Assembly (NCBI GenBank): GCA_965246885.1
Contig: OZ251992.1
Location: 3,040,001 to 3,104,000 of the forward strand
Length of the DNA stretch: 64,000 nucleotides
From: Abditibacterium sp.
Lineage (GTDB): Bacteria; Armatimonadota; Abditibacteriia; Abditibacteriales; Abditibacteriaceae
Direction of reading: 5' to 3'
Positions within the stretch are counted from its first letter, which is position 1; each line of letters starts with the position of its first letter. This document shows positions 41,075-49,769 of the stretch, one piece after another. The position numbers and the translations under genes were made by a program. The notes beneath the pieces were generated by a model. It was not told where the DNA came from and did not search any database. It was given only the letters and a program-made list of their open reading frames with translations.

Positions 41075-42850
41075 CTACTCTGCCGCGCGCACGTCCTTGA
41101 CGGCCAATTGTAGGCTGGTGCGCCCGTTGTATTCGTTGACTTCGGGCACGAACAGGCAGTCCACCAATTGGTCGTGGCGGAACTCGGCCAAGCGTTCCTG
41201 ACTGCGCCACCACACCCAATCGAACTCACGGCCATCGAGGGCGAACTTGCCCCGGCAATGCCCGCCGTTCATCGGCTTGATTTGCGACAGCCGCGCGCCG
41301 AAGAGCAGGAGCGAGGGCGCTTCGTTCTTCGTCCCGCATGGCTCCATGCGGGTGAGTTGCAGGGCGAGCTTCAAGTCCAAGTCGCGTGCTTCGACTTCGC
41401 AGTCGGCGACGATGCGCGGCACGAGGTCGTCCTCGCCGATGTTCTCCGACGCGAACTCCAGCGCGGCGCGCTTAAAATGAGGGATGTTGCGGGTTTCCAT
41501 GCTCAGGCCGCACGCCGCCGCGTGCCCGCCGCCGCTGGTGAGTAGGTCGCGCGTCGCTTCGACGAGGGCGTGCAAGTCGAACTCGGCGCAGGTGCGGCCC
41601 GACCCGTGCGCGTGCGCGGACTCCACGCCCAGCGCAAACGCGGGGCGCCCGTATTTCTCGACCAACTTCGCGGCGACGAGGCCCACGACGCCCCGGTGCC
41701 AGCCGCTTCCCGACGCGACGACCAATTTGTGCGTGTCGGCGTCAAAGTCGCGCTCCACCGACTCGCTCGCTTCGAGCAGCGCCGATTCGGTGCGACCCTT
41801 GCGCGTTTGGTTGAGTTCCTCGATTTCGCCCGCCAAGGCCGCGCACTCGGCGGCGTCGTCCGAGAGGAGCAGACGCAGCGCGAGTGTGGGCGACGCCAAG
41901 CGACCCGCCGCGTTGAGGCGCGGCGCAAGCCCAAACGACACGTCGCGCCCGCTCCACTTGGTCTTGGGCTTTTTGTCGCCCTTGGCGAGTGCCAATTGAT
42001 GCGGCAACGCGGCGTTGTTGATGAGCGCCAGTAACCCCTTGCGCCGCGTTTCATACAAGCGCTGCAAGCCCATAAATGCGAGGTAGCGGTTCTCGTCGCA
42101 TAATGGCACGCAGTCGGCGATAGTCGAAAGCGCGACCAAATCCACGAATTTCTCCTCGAAGGAGCCGAGCGCCGAGGGCTTGACGCGCGACAACAGCGCC
42201 TGCATCACCTTGAACGCGACGCCGCACCCCGACAGGCCGGTAAAGCCGTACGCCGAGTCGGGGCGCTTGGGGTTCACGACCGCGAGCGCGTCGGGCAACT
42301 CCTCGGAACACTCGTGGTGATCGGTGATGATTAAGTCCAGCCCGACCTCGCGCGCGCGCCGCGCCGGTTCGAGGGCGGTAATGCCGCAGTCCACGCTCAG
42401 CATGAGCGCAAAGCCGCCCGCCTTGGCGTCGTCTATGGCCGCGACCGATAGGCCGTACCCCTCGCTTCGTTCGGGCAAGCGCCACGACACATTCGCGCCC
42501 AGAGCTTTCAGCGTGCGCACCACGAGCGCCGTCGAAGTCACGCCGTCCACGTCGTAATCGCCAAAAACCAGAATTGCCTCGCGCTTTTGCAGCGCCTTCT
42601 CCAAACGGTCAACGGCCCGCTCTATGTCCGGTAGCGCACCGGGGTCGCGCAGTAAACCCGGATGCGGCGCGAAGAACGCCTCGACCAGTTCGGGCGTATT
42701 CAAACCACGCGAGCGCAGAATGGCGGCACACACCGGCGAGATTTGGAGCGCCGACGCGAGGCGCCGGTCGCAAAAGTCAACGCTCGCCCGCGCTTCCCAA
42801 AAAGCGGCGGGCGAGGTGCTGGGCGGCGAAGGGGACAAAGGGGAGTTCAT
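41075..42850 (-). CDS. recJ: Single-stranded-DNA exonuclease RecJ
   Basis: GDYDVDG, DCG, TDHH, PRLNAAGR, GSGR, GGHAAACG. Confidence 0.95.
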   Translation of the reverse strand: MNSPLSPSPPSTSPAAFWEARASVDFCDRRLASALQISPVCAAILRSRGLNTPELVEAFFAPHPGLLRDPGALPDIERAVDRLEKALQKREAILVFGDYDVDGVTSTALVVRTLKALGANVSWRLPERSEGYGLSVAAIDDAKAGGFALMLSVDCGITALEPARRAREVGLDLIITDHHECSEELPDALAVVNPKRPDSAYGFTGLSGCGVAFKVMQALLSRVKPSALGSFEEKFVDLVALSTIADCVPLCDENRYLAFMGLQRLYETRRKGLLALINNAALPHQLALAKGDKKPKTKWSGRDVSFGLAPRLNAAGRLASPTLALRLLLSDDAAECAALAGEIEELNQTRKGRTESALLEASESVERDFDADTHKLVVASGSGWHRGVVGLVAAKLVEKYGRPAFALGVESAHAHGSGRTCAEFDLHALVEATRDLLTSGGGHAAACGLSMETRNIPHFKRAALEFASENIGEDDLVPRIVADCEVEARDLDLKLALQLTRMEPCGTKNEAPSLLLFGARLSQIKPMNGGHCRGKFALDGREFDWVWWRSQERLAEFRHDQLVDCLFVPEVNEYNGRTSLQLAVKDVRAAE

Positions 42851-42910
42851 CGAAGCGGCGAAAAGTGATGGGAAAAGGTTATCAAACGCCGCGCAGTTCC
42901 CTCGCCCGCC

Positions 42911-43882
42911 CTACTTCTCCCACAACGGCATCATTTCGGCGGAGCCGAAGACGCCATACACGCCGCGCTCACGCAACCAATGGGCGCGGCTGAGATAACC
43001 GAGCGCCGTCCCGCACACGTTGGCGGCCATCGAAGTTTCGTCGCCCAGAATAAAGCGGTGCTCCGATGTGTGGCCGTCGAAGGTTTTGCCGCGCAGTGTC
43101 ATGGTGGTTGAGACGGGCTTGTGGGCGCTCCGCGTGTCCATCACGCCGCCAACAGTCACCTGCTCGCGCCCGCACACGCCCGCGCGCTCCAACATTACGT
43201 CGTCCGCGTGTTCCATGTCGTGCAGCGTCAGCTTGCCGTCGGTTTTGCCAAGCAAGAGTTCGACTTCGTTATCGCTGAGCGCCTTGGCCGATTCGACGTC
43301 GAAACCCGGCAGATGGGCGATGTCCTCGCGGATGGTCGCCTTGTAGTCGTCCCAACGCGCTATCCCGACGCCCCACCAGATGTGGACGGACTCTATCTCG
43401 ATAAACGACTGCGCCGCGAGCGCCGCCGCCGCCGTCAGCATGCCGGGCGTCGCGCCGCAACCACTGAGGAAGGTGCAGCGATTGGCCTTGAGAAGCGGGT
43501 CAAGGTCAAAGATCATTTCCATCGCGCGCGTCCGCTTCAAAGCGTCCACAAGCGCGCCCTGAAAGCCGCCCGCGACGAAGCGTTCGACCACGCCGGGAAT
43601 GAAGTTGTTGGGCAGGTTGGGCAGCGCGAGGAACACGCCGTCGAACTCGTCTTTGAGCTTGACTATCTCGCCGATAGCGTCGTCACTCGCGTGGCCGCCC
43701 GCAAGCCCCGAAACGGAGCCGCCGACTTTGACCTCGCCGATGGCGCGCGCATCCAAACCGCGCGGGTTGAAGGCGAAGCCGCCCGCGTCGGCAATGGCGA
43801 CGAGGGTGTGAGAGGGTTTGTGTGCGAGAATGTGCGCGGCAGCCTTGCCCAAGCCGCCCGCACCTAAGATAGCAATTTTCAT
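42911..43882 (-). CDS. bioU: BioU (BioA-replacing suicide dehydrogenase of biotin synthesis)
   Basis: GAGGLG, LALPNLPN, VDALKRT, GCGATPG, ATIREDIAH, MEHADD, LGDETSMAANVCG match cyanobacterial BioU as recalled. Confidence 0.88.
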   Translation of the reverse strand: MKIAILGAGGLGKAAAHILAHKPSHTLVAIADAGGFAFNPRGLDARAIGEVKVGGSVSGLAGGHASDDAIGEIVKLKDEFDGVFLALPNLPNNFIPGVVERFVAGGFQGALVDALKRTRAMEMIFDLDPLLKANRCTFLSGCGATPGMLTAAAALAAQSFIEIESVHIWWGVGIARWDDYKATIREDIAHLPGFDVESAKALSDNEVELLLGKTDGKLTLHDMEHADDVMLERAGVCGREQVTVGGVMDTRSAHKPVSTTMTLRGKTFDGHTSEHRFILGDETSMAANVCGTALGYLSRAHWLRERGVYGVFGSAEMMPLWEK

Positions 43883-43891
43883 TTGGATTCG

Positions 43892-43925
43892 TTTGACCGC
43901 AGATGAACGCGGATTGACGCAGATG
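43892..43925. repeat. 10-nt-period repeat flanking the GxxExxY gene
   Basis: CGCAGATGAA-CGCGGATTGA-CGCAGAT; 30/34 identical to 46915-46948. Confidence 0.75.
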
Positions 43926-43939
43926 ATTTTGAACGGATT

Positions 43940-44320
43940 TCAAAAGTCGCGCACGACACGCTTGGTTTGAACGCGCGTAGTGCCGAAATTGAGGATGAGG
44001 GCGACTTTAAAACCGGTCGTTTTCAGGTAGTTCAGGCACTGCGCGATGTGCGCTTCGACGATGGCGGGGCGCGACTTGAGTTCGAGCAGAACGCAGCCCT
44101 CAACAACGATGTCGGTGATGAACTCTCCGACCAATTCGCCCTTGTAAAACACCCGAAGCGGTACCTGTTGCTCGACTGCCAGCCCACGAGAGCGCATCTC
44201 GTAGACAAGAGCGTTCTCATAGACCTTCTCCAAATAACCGGGGCGTCAAGCCTTGGCGACTTTAATCGCGCAACCCAAGACACGCCCGGAAATCTCCTTC
44301 AACTCTTCCTCTGTGATCAT
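43940..44320 (-). pseudogene. GxxExxY protein (PD-(D/E)XK-like) with in-frame TGA at 44246-44248
   Basis: Manual translation MITEEELKEISGRVLGCAIKVAKA*RPGYLEKVYENAL..DIVVE..ELKS..QCLNYL..LNFG. Confidence 0.88.
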
Positions 44321-45414
44321 CCGTGAACTCCTCCGTGTTCTCTGTGGCTATGCATTTTATCGAACACCAGCGCCCCGACATGCCCGCCGAAGCCGTAGTT
44401 CAGGCTCAATACCGACTCCACCTTTCCGGCGCGCTCCTCTCGCACGATGTCCAACTCAAAGGCGCTTTCTTCTAAGCCAAGCGTGGGCGGCAGAACACCT
44501 CGCTTGAGCGCCAACACGCACAGCGCCGCTTCGACGGCGCCCGATGCGCCGAGCAGGTGACCTGTGAGCGCCTTGGTGGAGGAAACGGGCACGGTTGCCC
44601 CGAACAAACGGCACAAGGCGCGCGCTTCGACAGCGTCGTTTTGCGCGGTCGCCGTCCCGTGCGCGTTGATGTAGCCGAGGGCCGGGTGGCCCGCCTGCGC
44701 GGAGGCTTCCTCAACAGCACGGATGATGGAATCGCCACCCGGCGCCATCGAAGTCATGTGAGTCGCGTCGGCGCGCATGGAGTAACCGGACACGCGGGCG
44801 TGAACCTTCGCGCCCCGGCTTTGCGCGTGCGCGAGCGATTCGAGAAGGAGGAAGCCACTGCCCGAACCGGGCACGAACCCGTCGCGGCGGGCGTCGAAAG
44901 GACGCATGACGCCCGACTTGGAAAGCGCGCCCATTTGGGCATAGGCCGCCAGCACCATCGGATGTTGCGGCGGCTCCGTCGCGCCGCACAGGACGACGTC
45001 CGCTTCGCCCGACTCGATCAAGCGCGCGCCCAAGATAACCGCGTGGCTGCCCGTCGCGCACGCAGCAACGGGGCACAGCGTTTGGCCACACGCTCCAAAG
45101 CGCGCGGCCAAGTAGTGCGCCGTGTAGTCGGAAAAGAACCCTATCCCCCGCTCGCCGACGGCGCCCTCGAAGGCGCCGAAGTTGTTCTTGGAAACGCCCC
45201 AAACTACCGAGCGCCGCGCATATTGATCGCCCGAAATCTGGTTGAACAGCCCCTGCCCTTCGCGGGGCACAAGGTCAAGGATGCCCGCGTGCCCCGCAGG
45301 AATCGCCGAGAAGACGCCCGAACCGCGCGAGCGCGAACTCCAGCCGCCGATGGGGGCGCCGGTCGCATCCGTGATGACGGCGCCAAAGCCCGTCACGGCG
45401 ACTTGTTGCTTCAT
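44317..45414 (-). CDS. Divergent beta-ketoacyl-ACP synthase (FabF/FabB-like)
   Basis: AACATGS (Cys), NAHGTAT (His), KALTGHLLGASG (Lys, His), RPFDARRDGFV, FGFGG-like YGFGG; ATGA overlap with the upstream SDR. Confidence 0.88.
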   Translation of the reverse strand: MKQQVAVTGFGAVITDATGAPIGGWSSRSRGSGVFSAIPAGHAGILDLVPREGQGLFNQISGDQYARRSVVWGVSKNNFGAFEGAVGERGIGFFSDYTAHYLAARFGACGQTLCPVAACATGSHAVILGARLIESGEADVVLCGATEPPQHPMVLAAYAQMGALSKSGVMRPFDARRDGFVPGSGSGFLLLESLAHAQSRGAKVHARVSGYSMRADATHMTSMAPGGDSIIRAVEEASAQAGHPALGYINAHGTATAQNDAVEARALCRLFGATVPVSSTKALTGHLLGASGAVEAALCVLALKRGVLPPTLGLEESAFELDIVREERAGKVESVLSLNYGFGGHVGALVFDKMHSHREHGGVHG

Positions 45415-46094
45415 AGACGGCAGTCGGGCCTCAGCACCTGCCCGCTCGTGCGAGAGTTTGCCGTTAAAAACCACTGGACAAACGCGGCCAACGCCTGCGC
45501 CGCGTCGCTGTCGGGCACTACATTCTCTAACGCGCGCTGAGCCTTGGTGCGCGGCGAAAGCGCTTCGTCGGGCGTCGGAGCGTAGCCGGGGCACAGCGCG
45601 TTGACCCGAACGCCCCGCTCGCCCCCTTCGATGGCCGCCGTGCGCATCAGTCCTAACACCCCCGCTTTGGCGGCGCCGTAAGCGCTTTGACCGATGCTTC
45701 CCCGAAGTCCCACGCGCGACGACACAAGTAGCAGTTGCCCGCCGGAAGGCAGGTACTCCAGCGCCGCGCGGGTAACGAGAAACGACGAATCGAGGTGCGC
45801 CGCCAACACGTCTCGCCACTCCTCCGGTGAAGTGCGCGCAACGAGCGCGCTGTGCGAAGCGCCCGCCAGATGAACGACGGCAGTAAACTGGTGCGCTGTA
45901 AACAGCGCACCCACCGCTTCCTCGTCGCGCAAGTCGCCTTGCCACAAGGCGCAGCCGGTTTGCTCGCGCAGGTGCGTGGCGCGCTCGCGGTTCGAGGCAA
46001 ACGTGGCGACGACATCGTGGCCTCCCGCGCACAGTTCCCGCGTCAAGGCGCTCCCCAAGGTGCCCGTCCCGCCCGTCACCAGAACCCGTTGCAT
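45411..46094 (-). CDS. FabG-like SDR (3-oxoacyl-ACP reductase-like)
   Basis: TGGTGTLG, SSRVG..GQSAYGAAK, VNALCPG. Confidence 0.82.
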   Translation of the reverse strand: MQRVLVTGGTGTLGSALTRELCAGGHDVVATFASNRERATHLREQTGCALWQGDLRDEEAVGALFTAHQFTAVVHLAGASHSALVARTSPEEWRDVLAAHLDSSFLVTRAALEYLPSGGQLLLVSSRVGLRGSIGQSAYGAAKAGVLGLMRTAAIEGGERGVRVNALCPGYAPTPDEALSPRTKAQRALENVVPDSDAAQALAAFVQWFLTANSRTSGQVLRPDCRL

Positions 46095-46128
46095 CACCCA
46101 TCAGTTTGCCGCGCCAAACTCTATCGGC

Positions 46129-46911
46129 ATGGTGTGGCACAACGGCGAGCTACGGGAAACGGCGTGGGTGGACGCTTCGAGTGCGGGCCTCACCCTCGGC
46201 TGGGGCGTCTTTTCGACCCTTGCCGTGCGCGAGGGGCGCGCGACGCTGGTAGCGCAACACGTGGCGCGGCTACGGCGCGACGCGGCGCGGTGTGCGGTCG
46301 AAGTGCCCTTTTCAAACGCGCAACTGAGCGAGGGCTTGGGCGCGGTGATTGCCGCAAACGGCGTGCGAAACGGACTCGCGCGCCTGACGGCAACGCGGCG
46401 GGGGGATGGGCGTTGGAACACGGACGCGGCGGGCAGCGAGGTGACGATTCTGGCGCTCGAAGCGGCGCCGTCCAAGGTGCGCGGCTTGCGCGTGACGGTC
46501 GCACCTGCGCCGGAGTTGGGGGCGCTCCGGGGCGTGAAGACAACGTCGTATCTGCCCTTTTTGTGGGAGTGGCAACGCGCACTCGCGGCGGGGTACGACG
46601 AAGTGATACTGCTCGATGCGCAGGAGCAGGTGGTGGAAGCGGCGCGCTCAAGCCTGTTCTGGGTGCGCGGCGGGCGCTTGGAAACATCGCCGCTTGCGTC
46701 GGGCGCACTCGAAGGCATCGGGCGCGACATTGTGCTGCGCGGGGGCCGCGAAGCGCAGTTGCATCGGAGCGAGTTGGTGGCGTGTGAGGAACTCCTGCTG
46801 GTTTCGGCAGCAACAGGGCCGCGCTCCATTGCGGCAGTCGAGGGAACGGAACTGCCGCGAGAAGCGCCGGTCTTCGAGCGGTTGCGCGCGTGGTGGGACG
46901 AACAAATTTAA
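46129..46911 (+). CDS. Class IV PLP enzyme (PabC / branched-chain aminotransferase-like)
   Basis: GWGVFSTL, HVARL, KTTSY, LEGIGR. Confidence 0.8.
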   Translation: MVWHNGELRETAWVDASSAGLTLGWGVFSTLAVREGRATLVAQHVARLRRDAARCAVEVPFSNAQLSEGLGAVIAANGVRNGLARLTATRRGDGRWNTDAAGSEVTILALEAAPSKVRGLRVTVAPAPELGALRGVKTTSYLPFLWEWQRALAAGYDEVILLDAQEQVVEAARSSLFWVRGGRLETSPLASGALEGIGRDIVLRGGREAQLHRSELVACEELLLVSAATGPRSIAAVEGTELPREAPVFERLRAWWDEQI

Positions 46912-46914
46912 CTT

Positions 46915-46993
46915 TTTGACCGCAGTTGGACGCGGATGGACGCCGATGTTTTTTTGGTTCATCTGCGCTCATCGGCGTCCATCGGCGGTTAAA
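46915..46993. repeat. Imperfect palindrome of 10-nt-period repeats between convergent genes
   Basis: CGCAGTTGGA-CGCGGATGGA-CGCCGATG versus ATCTGCGCTC-ATCGGCGTCC-ATCGGCGGTT. Confidence 0.75.
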
Positions 46994-46994
46994 A

Positions 46995-47981
46995 TCAAGA
47001 AGGCAAAAGGTCGCTGGTCATGTCTAATTCGCTTTCTAATTCGGCGACGGACGCGGCTAACTTCCCTTGCCCGAACGCATCGAGCGGCACGCCTTGAACA
47101 ATCTGGACAGCGCCGTTGTCGAAGCGCGTGGGAAAGGAGGAAACCAGACCGGCTGGCACGTTGTAACTGCCGTCGGAAACAAGAGCGACGGAGTGCCAGT
47201 CATCGCGCGGCGTGGGGGTTGTGAGGGAAACTACGCTGTCTACAACCGCGTTGGCGGCGCTTCCGGCGGAACTGGCACCGCGCGCTTTGATGACCGCCGC
47301 GCCGCGCGTTTGCACGGCGGGAACGAAGGCGTTTTCGAGCCAAGAGCGGTCGGGGATAGCATTGGTGGCGGGGGCGCCGTTGATGCGGGCGTTGCCGAAG
47401 TCGGGAAACTGAGTGGAAGAGTGGTTGCCCCAGATGGTCACGCGGTCGACGGCGGCAACCGGGGTGCCCGCTTTGACGGCGAGCATGGTTTTGGCGCGGT
47501 TCTCGTCCAGACGGGTCATGGCGAACCACCGGCTGGCGGGCACGTCAGGGGCGTTGCGCTGGGCAATCAGGCAGTTGGTGTTGCACGGGTTGCCCACGAC
47601 CAAGATGCGCACATCGGAGGCGGCGTTCTCTTGGATGGCGCGGCCTTGGCCGGTAAAGATTTTGCCGTTGATGCCGAGTAGGTCTTTGCGCTCCATACCG
47701 TCTTTGCGCGGGACGGAGCCAATGAGGAGCGCCCAGTTCGCGCCGTCGAAACCGGCTTTCAGGTCGGATGTGGCGCGCGCTCCGGCCAAGAGGGGGAACG
47801 CGCAATCGTCCAATTCCATCAAGACGCCGTCCAACGCGGGCAAAGCGGCTTCGATTTCGATGAGGTGCAAGAAGACGGGCTGATTCGGGCCGAACATTTG
47901 GCCCGACGCGATGCGGAAGATGAGGGCGTAGCCGATCTGTCCGGCGGCTCCGGTGAGGGCGATGTGGATGGGTTGGGACAT
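46995..47981 (-). CDS. mdh: Malate dehydrogenase
   Basis: [53 protein letters not shown]. Confidence 0.96.
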   Translation of the reverse strand: MSQPIHIALTGAAGQIGYALIFRIASGQMFGPNQPVFLHLIEIEAALPALDGVLMELDDCAFPLLAGARATSDLKAGFDGANWALLIGSVPRKDGMERKDLLGINGKIFTGQGRAIQENAASDVRILVVGNPCNTNCLIAQRNAPDVPASRWFAMTRLDENRAKTMLAVKAGTPVAAVDRVTIWGNHSSTQFPDFGNARINGAPATNAIPDRSWLENAFVPAVQTRGAAVIKARGASSAGSAANAVVDSVVSLTTPTPRDDWHSVALVSDGSYNVPAGLVSSFPTRFDNGAVQIVQGVPLDAFGQGKLAASVAELESELDMTSDLLPS

Positions 47982-48008
47982 GGTGCAAAGGTGTCCGGTG
48001 CAAACAGG

Positions 48009-48037
48009 TTGACGCGCGGGCGCAAAACCGCTAAGAT
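48009..48037 (+). promoter_or_regulatory. Putative sigma70 promoter for the small ORF and tRNA
   Basis: TTGACG-17 nt-TAAGAT. Confidence 0.55.
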
Positions 48038-48082
48038 TTTACGGGCCTTTTGCGGAGGGCACCCAACAGGAGAACTCACGAC

Positions 48083-48256
48083 ATGGCCTTAGATTTAGTG
48101 CGCTTGCAGTCCTACGACGCCGCGCCATTGCAACAAGTAGATCAACAAATGTTCGACGCCATCACTGGCGAACACGCCGAGCGGCGGCGCCGCATCGAAG
48201 ACAAGCGCCAGCGCAAACTCAAAAAGCGCAAGCAAAAGCGCAAGCGCGACGACTAA
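48083..48256 (+). CDS. Small basic hypothetical protein (57 aa)
   Basis: AGGAG upstream of the ATG; C-terminus RRRRIEDKRQRKLKKRKQKRKRDD. Confidence 0.55.
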   Translation: MALDLVRLQSYDAAPLQQVDQQMFDAITGEHAERRRRIEDKRQRKLKKRKQKRKRDD

Positions 48257-48286
48257 ACCGGACGCGGACACCCCGCGCCCCCTTAT

Positions 48287-48359
48287 GGCGGGATAGCTCA
48301 GCGGTTAGAGCAACGGCTTCATAAGCCGTAGGTCGAGGGTTCAAATCCCCCTCCCGCTA
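48287..48359 (+). tRNA. tRNA with CAT anticodon (elongator Met, or Ile2); CCA not encoded
   Basis: Acceptor stem GGCGGGA/TCCCGCT, D arm TAGCTCAGCGGTTAGAGC, anticodon arm ACGGC-TTCATAA-GCCGT, T loop GGTTCAAATCC; lacks initiator features. Confidence 0.95.
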
Positions 48360-48368
48360 CTTCTTTCG

Positions 48369-48407
48369 GCCTCCGTCTCCCGCAAGGGAAGCGGAGGCTT
48401 CCGTTTG
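48369..48407 (+). terminator. Hairpin after the tRNA
   Basis: GCCTCCG..TCCC-GCAA-GGGA..CGGAGGC followed by TTCCGTTT. Confidence 0.6.
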
Positions 48408-48423
48408 TCAGGTAGCGAGTCAT

Positions 48424-48500
48424 TTGGACGAGCCACCCGCACCGGTGACTCATCGGCGCGTACGCGTGACTCATCGGCGCGCCCCGGTGCAAGAGCGACC
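48424..48500. repeat. Short 21-bp-period array
   Basis: GTGACTCATCGGCGCG at 48445 and 48466; decayed third unit at 48487. Confidence 0.75.
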
Positions 48501-48543
48501 AGTACGGGCGCAGCCTCGCCCGACGACGGCGGAAATTTCGGGC

Positions 48544-48572
48544 TTGACAGCGCTCGCGGGCGACGGTAAAAT
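48544..48572 (+). promoter_or_regulatory. Near-consensus sigma70 promoter
   Basis: TTGACA-17 nt-TAAAAT, followed by the palindrome CTGAATTCAG at 48582-48591. Confidence 0.75.
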
Positions 48573-48659
48573 ATATGGCGCCTGAATTCAGCTAATTCAG
48601 TGAAATAGGAACGAGAAAGCCCGTTAGCTGTCTTTCATTAGACACACGGAGAACACATC

Positions 48660-49628
48660 ATGAGCGCAGAAAAGAAACCTCGCGCGCCGCGTAGCGGCCC
48701 CTCGGCAACTGCCGAACACCTCGATTCGACCGATGTCGAATCTTTGTCCCCGTCCACCGCTCCGGTTGACCAGCAACCGGAAGCCCATCTTGCCGCGTCG
48801 GGCGAAATGCTCGCTCCCGCCGACGCTTTCCCCGACTTCGCCGTTGACCCCGCCGAAGTGACGCGCCGCACTCAGATGCTACGGGATTACGTGCGCAACC
48901 ACATGGTTGAAGGCGAGGATTATGGCGTCGTTCCCGGCGGCACCAAGCCTACTCTGTTCAAGCCGGGTGCCGAAAAACTCAACGCCGTTTTTGGCCTGTC
49001 GCCGCTTGTCGAAGTCACCAACCGCGAAGAAAATTGGGACGACGGCTTTGTGTCTTACGAAATCAAAGTCACCCTTTTCAACAAGCGGAGCGAAAAGGTG
49101 GACGCCGAGGGTATCGGCTCGTGCAACTCACGCGAGCGCCGCTACAAGAACCAAGACGCCGCCAACATCGCCAACACCGTCCTCAAGATGGCCAAGAAGC
49201 GTGCCCTCGTGGACGCCACACTCAGCGCGACGCGCGCAAGCGGTATGTTCACCCAAGACCTCGAAGACATGGACTTGAGCGAACCTGCGCCGCGCTACGG
49301 CAACCGCCCCAACCCGCGCGACGCCGCTCCCGAAACCCAGCCCATCCGTGAGGGTGGCACAAGCGGCGGCGACCTCGCCACCGAAGCGCAGCACCGCGCG
49401 ATCATGGCCATTGCGGGTCGCGTCTTCGGGCGTCATTCGCGCGACGAGGATGTGCTGCGTTTGGCCAAAAAGCCCCTCGAAGCGCTTTCCAAAAGTGAAG
49501 CGAGCGGCCTCATTGACCGCTTGCGCGGCATGCTCGGCGAGTCGGACAAGCCCGCCGGGGCGCCCGACCGAGAAGTGGCGTTTGTACGGTCGGCGCGCAA
49601 CGGCGACGCGCGCGTCGGCTCCAATTAG
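48660..49628 (+). CDS. Hypothetical protein, phage-type single-strand-annealing/recombination-like
   Basis: DYGVVPG..KPTLFKPGAEKL, GSCNSRE, KMAKKRALVDA, FTQDLED; C-terminal ATEAQ..LSKSEASGLID module; GGAG RBS. Confidence 0.55.
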   Translation: MSAEKKPRAPRSGPSATAEHLDSTDVESLSPSTAPVDQQPEAHLAASGEMLAPADAFPDFAVDPAEVTRRTQMLRDYVRNHMVEGEDYGVVPGGTKPTLFKPGAEKLNAVFGLSPLVEVTNREENWDDGFVSYEIKVTLFNKRSEKVDAEGIGSCNSRERRYKNQDAANIANTVLKMAKKRALVDATLSATRASGMFTQDLEDMDLSEPAPRYGNRPNPRDAAPETQPIREGGTSGGDLATEAQHRAIMAIAGRVFGRHSRDEDVLRLAKKPLEALSKSEASGLIDRLRGMLGESDKPAGAPDREVAFVRSARNGDARVGSN

Positions 49629-49769
49629 TGTCCTATTCCAACCCACTTCCCCCTCGGCAAACGTATGGCGGGCGCAACCATTCCGGTCGCGCCCGCCGCT
49701 GTTTGGCAGTTCGTTTAGCTTTAATCCCGCCCTCCGCCCTCGGAAAAGAACTTGCTTGACTTAGGGTAT

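Noticed and set aside
7457..44248. Stop-codon reassignment or Sec/Pyl recoding to explain three in-frame stops (7457 TAG, 39137 TGA, 44246 TGA)
   Set aside because: TAG and TGA end many intact genes here; the expected residues differ (probably Gln, Arg, Leu) and none is a catalytic Cys position. Independent nonsense changes or consensus errors are simpler.
44317..46140. 607-aa ketosynthase fusion
   Set aside because: The first ~240 aa are an alternative frame over the SDR gene; the ketosynthase starts at 45414 with an ATGA overlap.
48083..48256. Small ORF as a Pup/UBact modifier for ARC
   Set aside because: It lacks the C-terminal GGE/GGQ or GE-type end, is basic rather than acidic, and is 30 kb from arc.
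48287..49628. Prophage or genomic island integrated at the tRNA
   Set aside because: No integrase, no duplicated tRNA 3' end found by eye, and no other phage genes; downstream genes look chromosomal.
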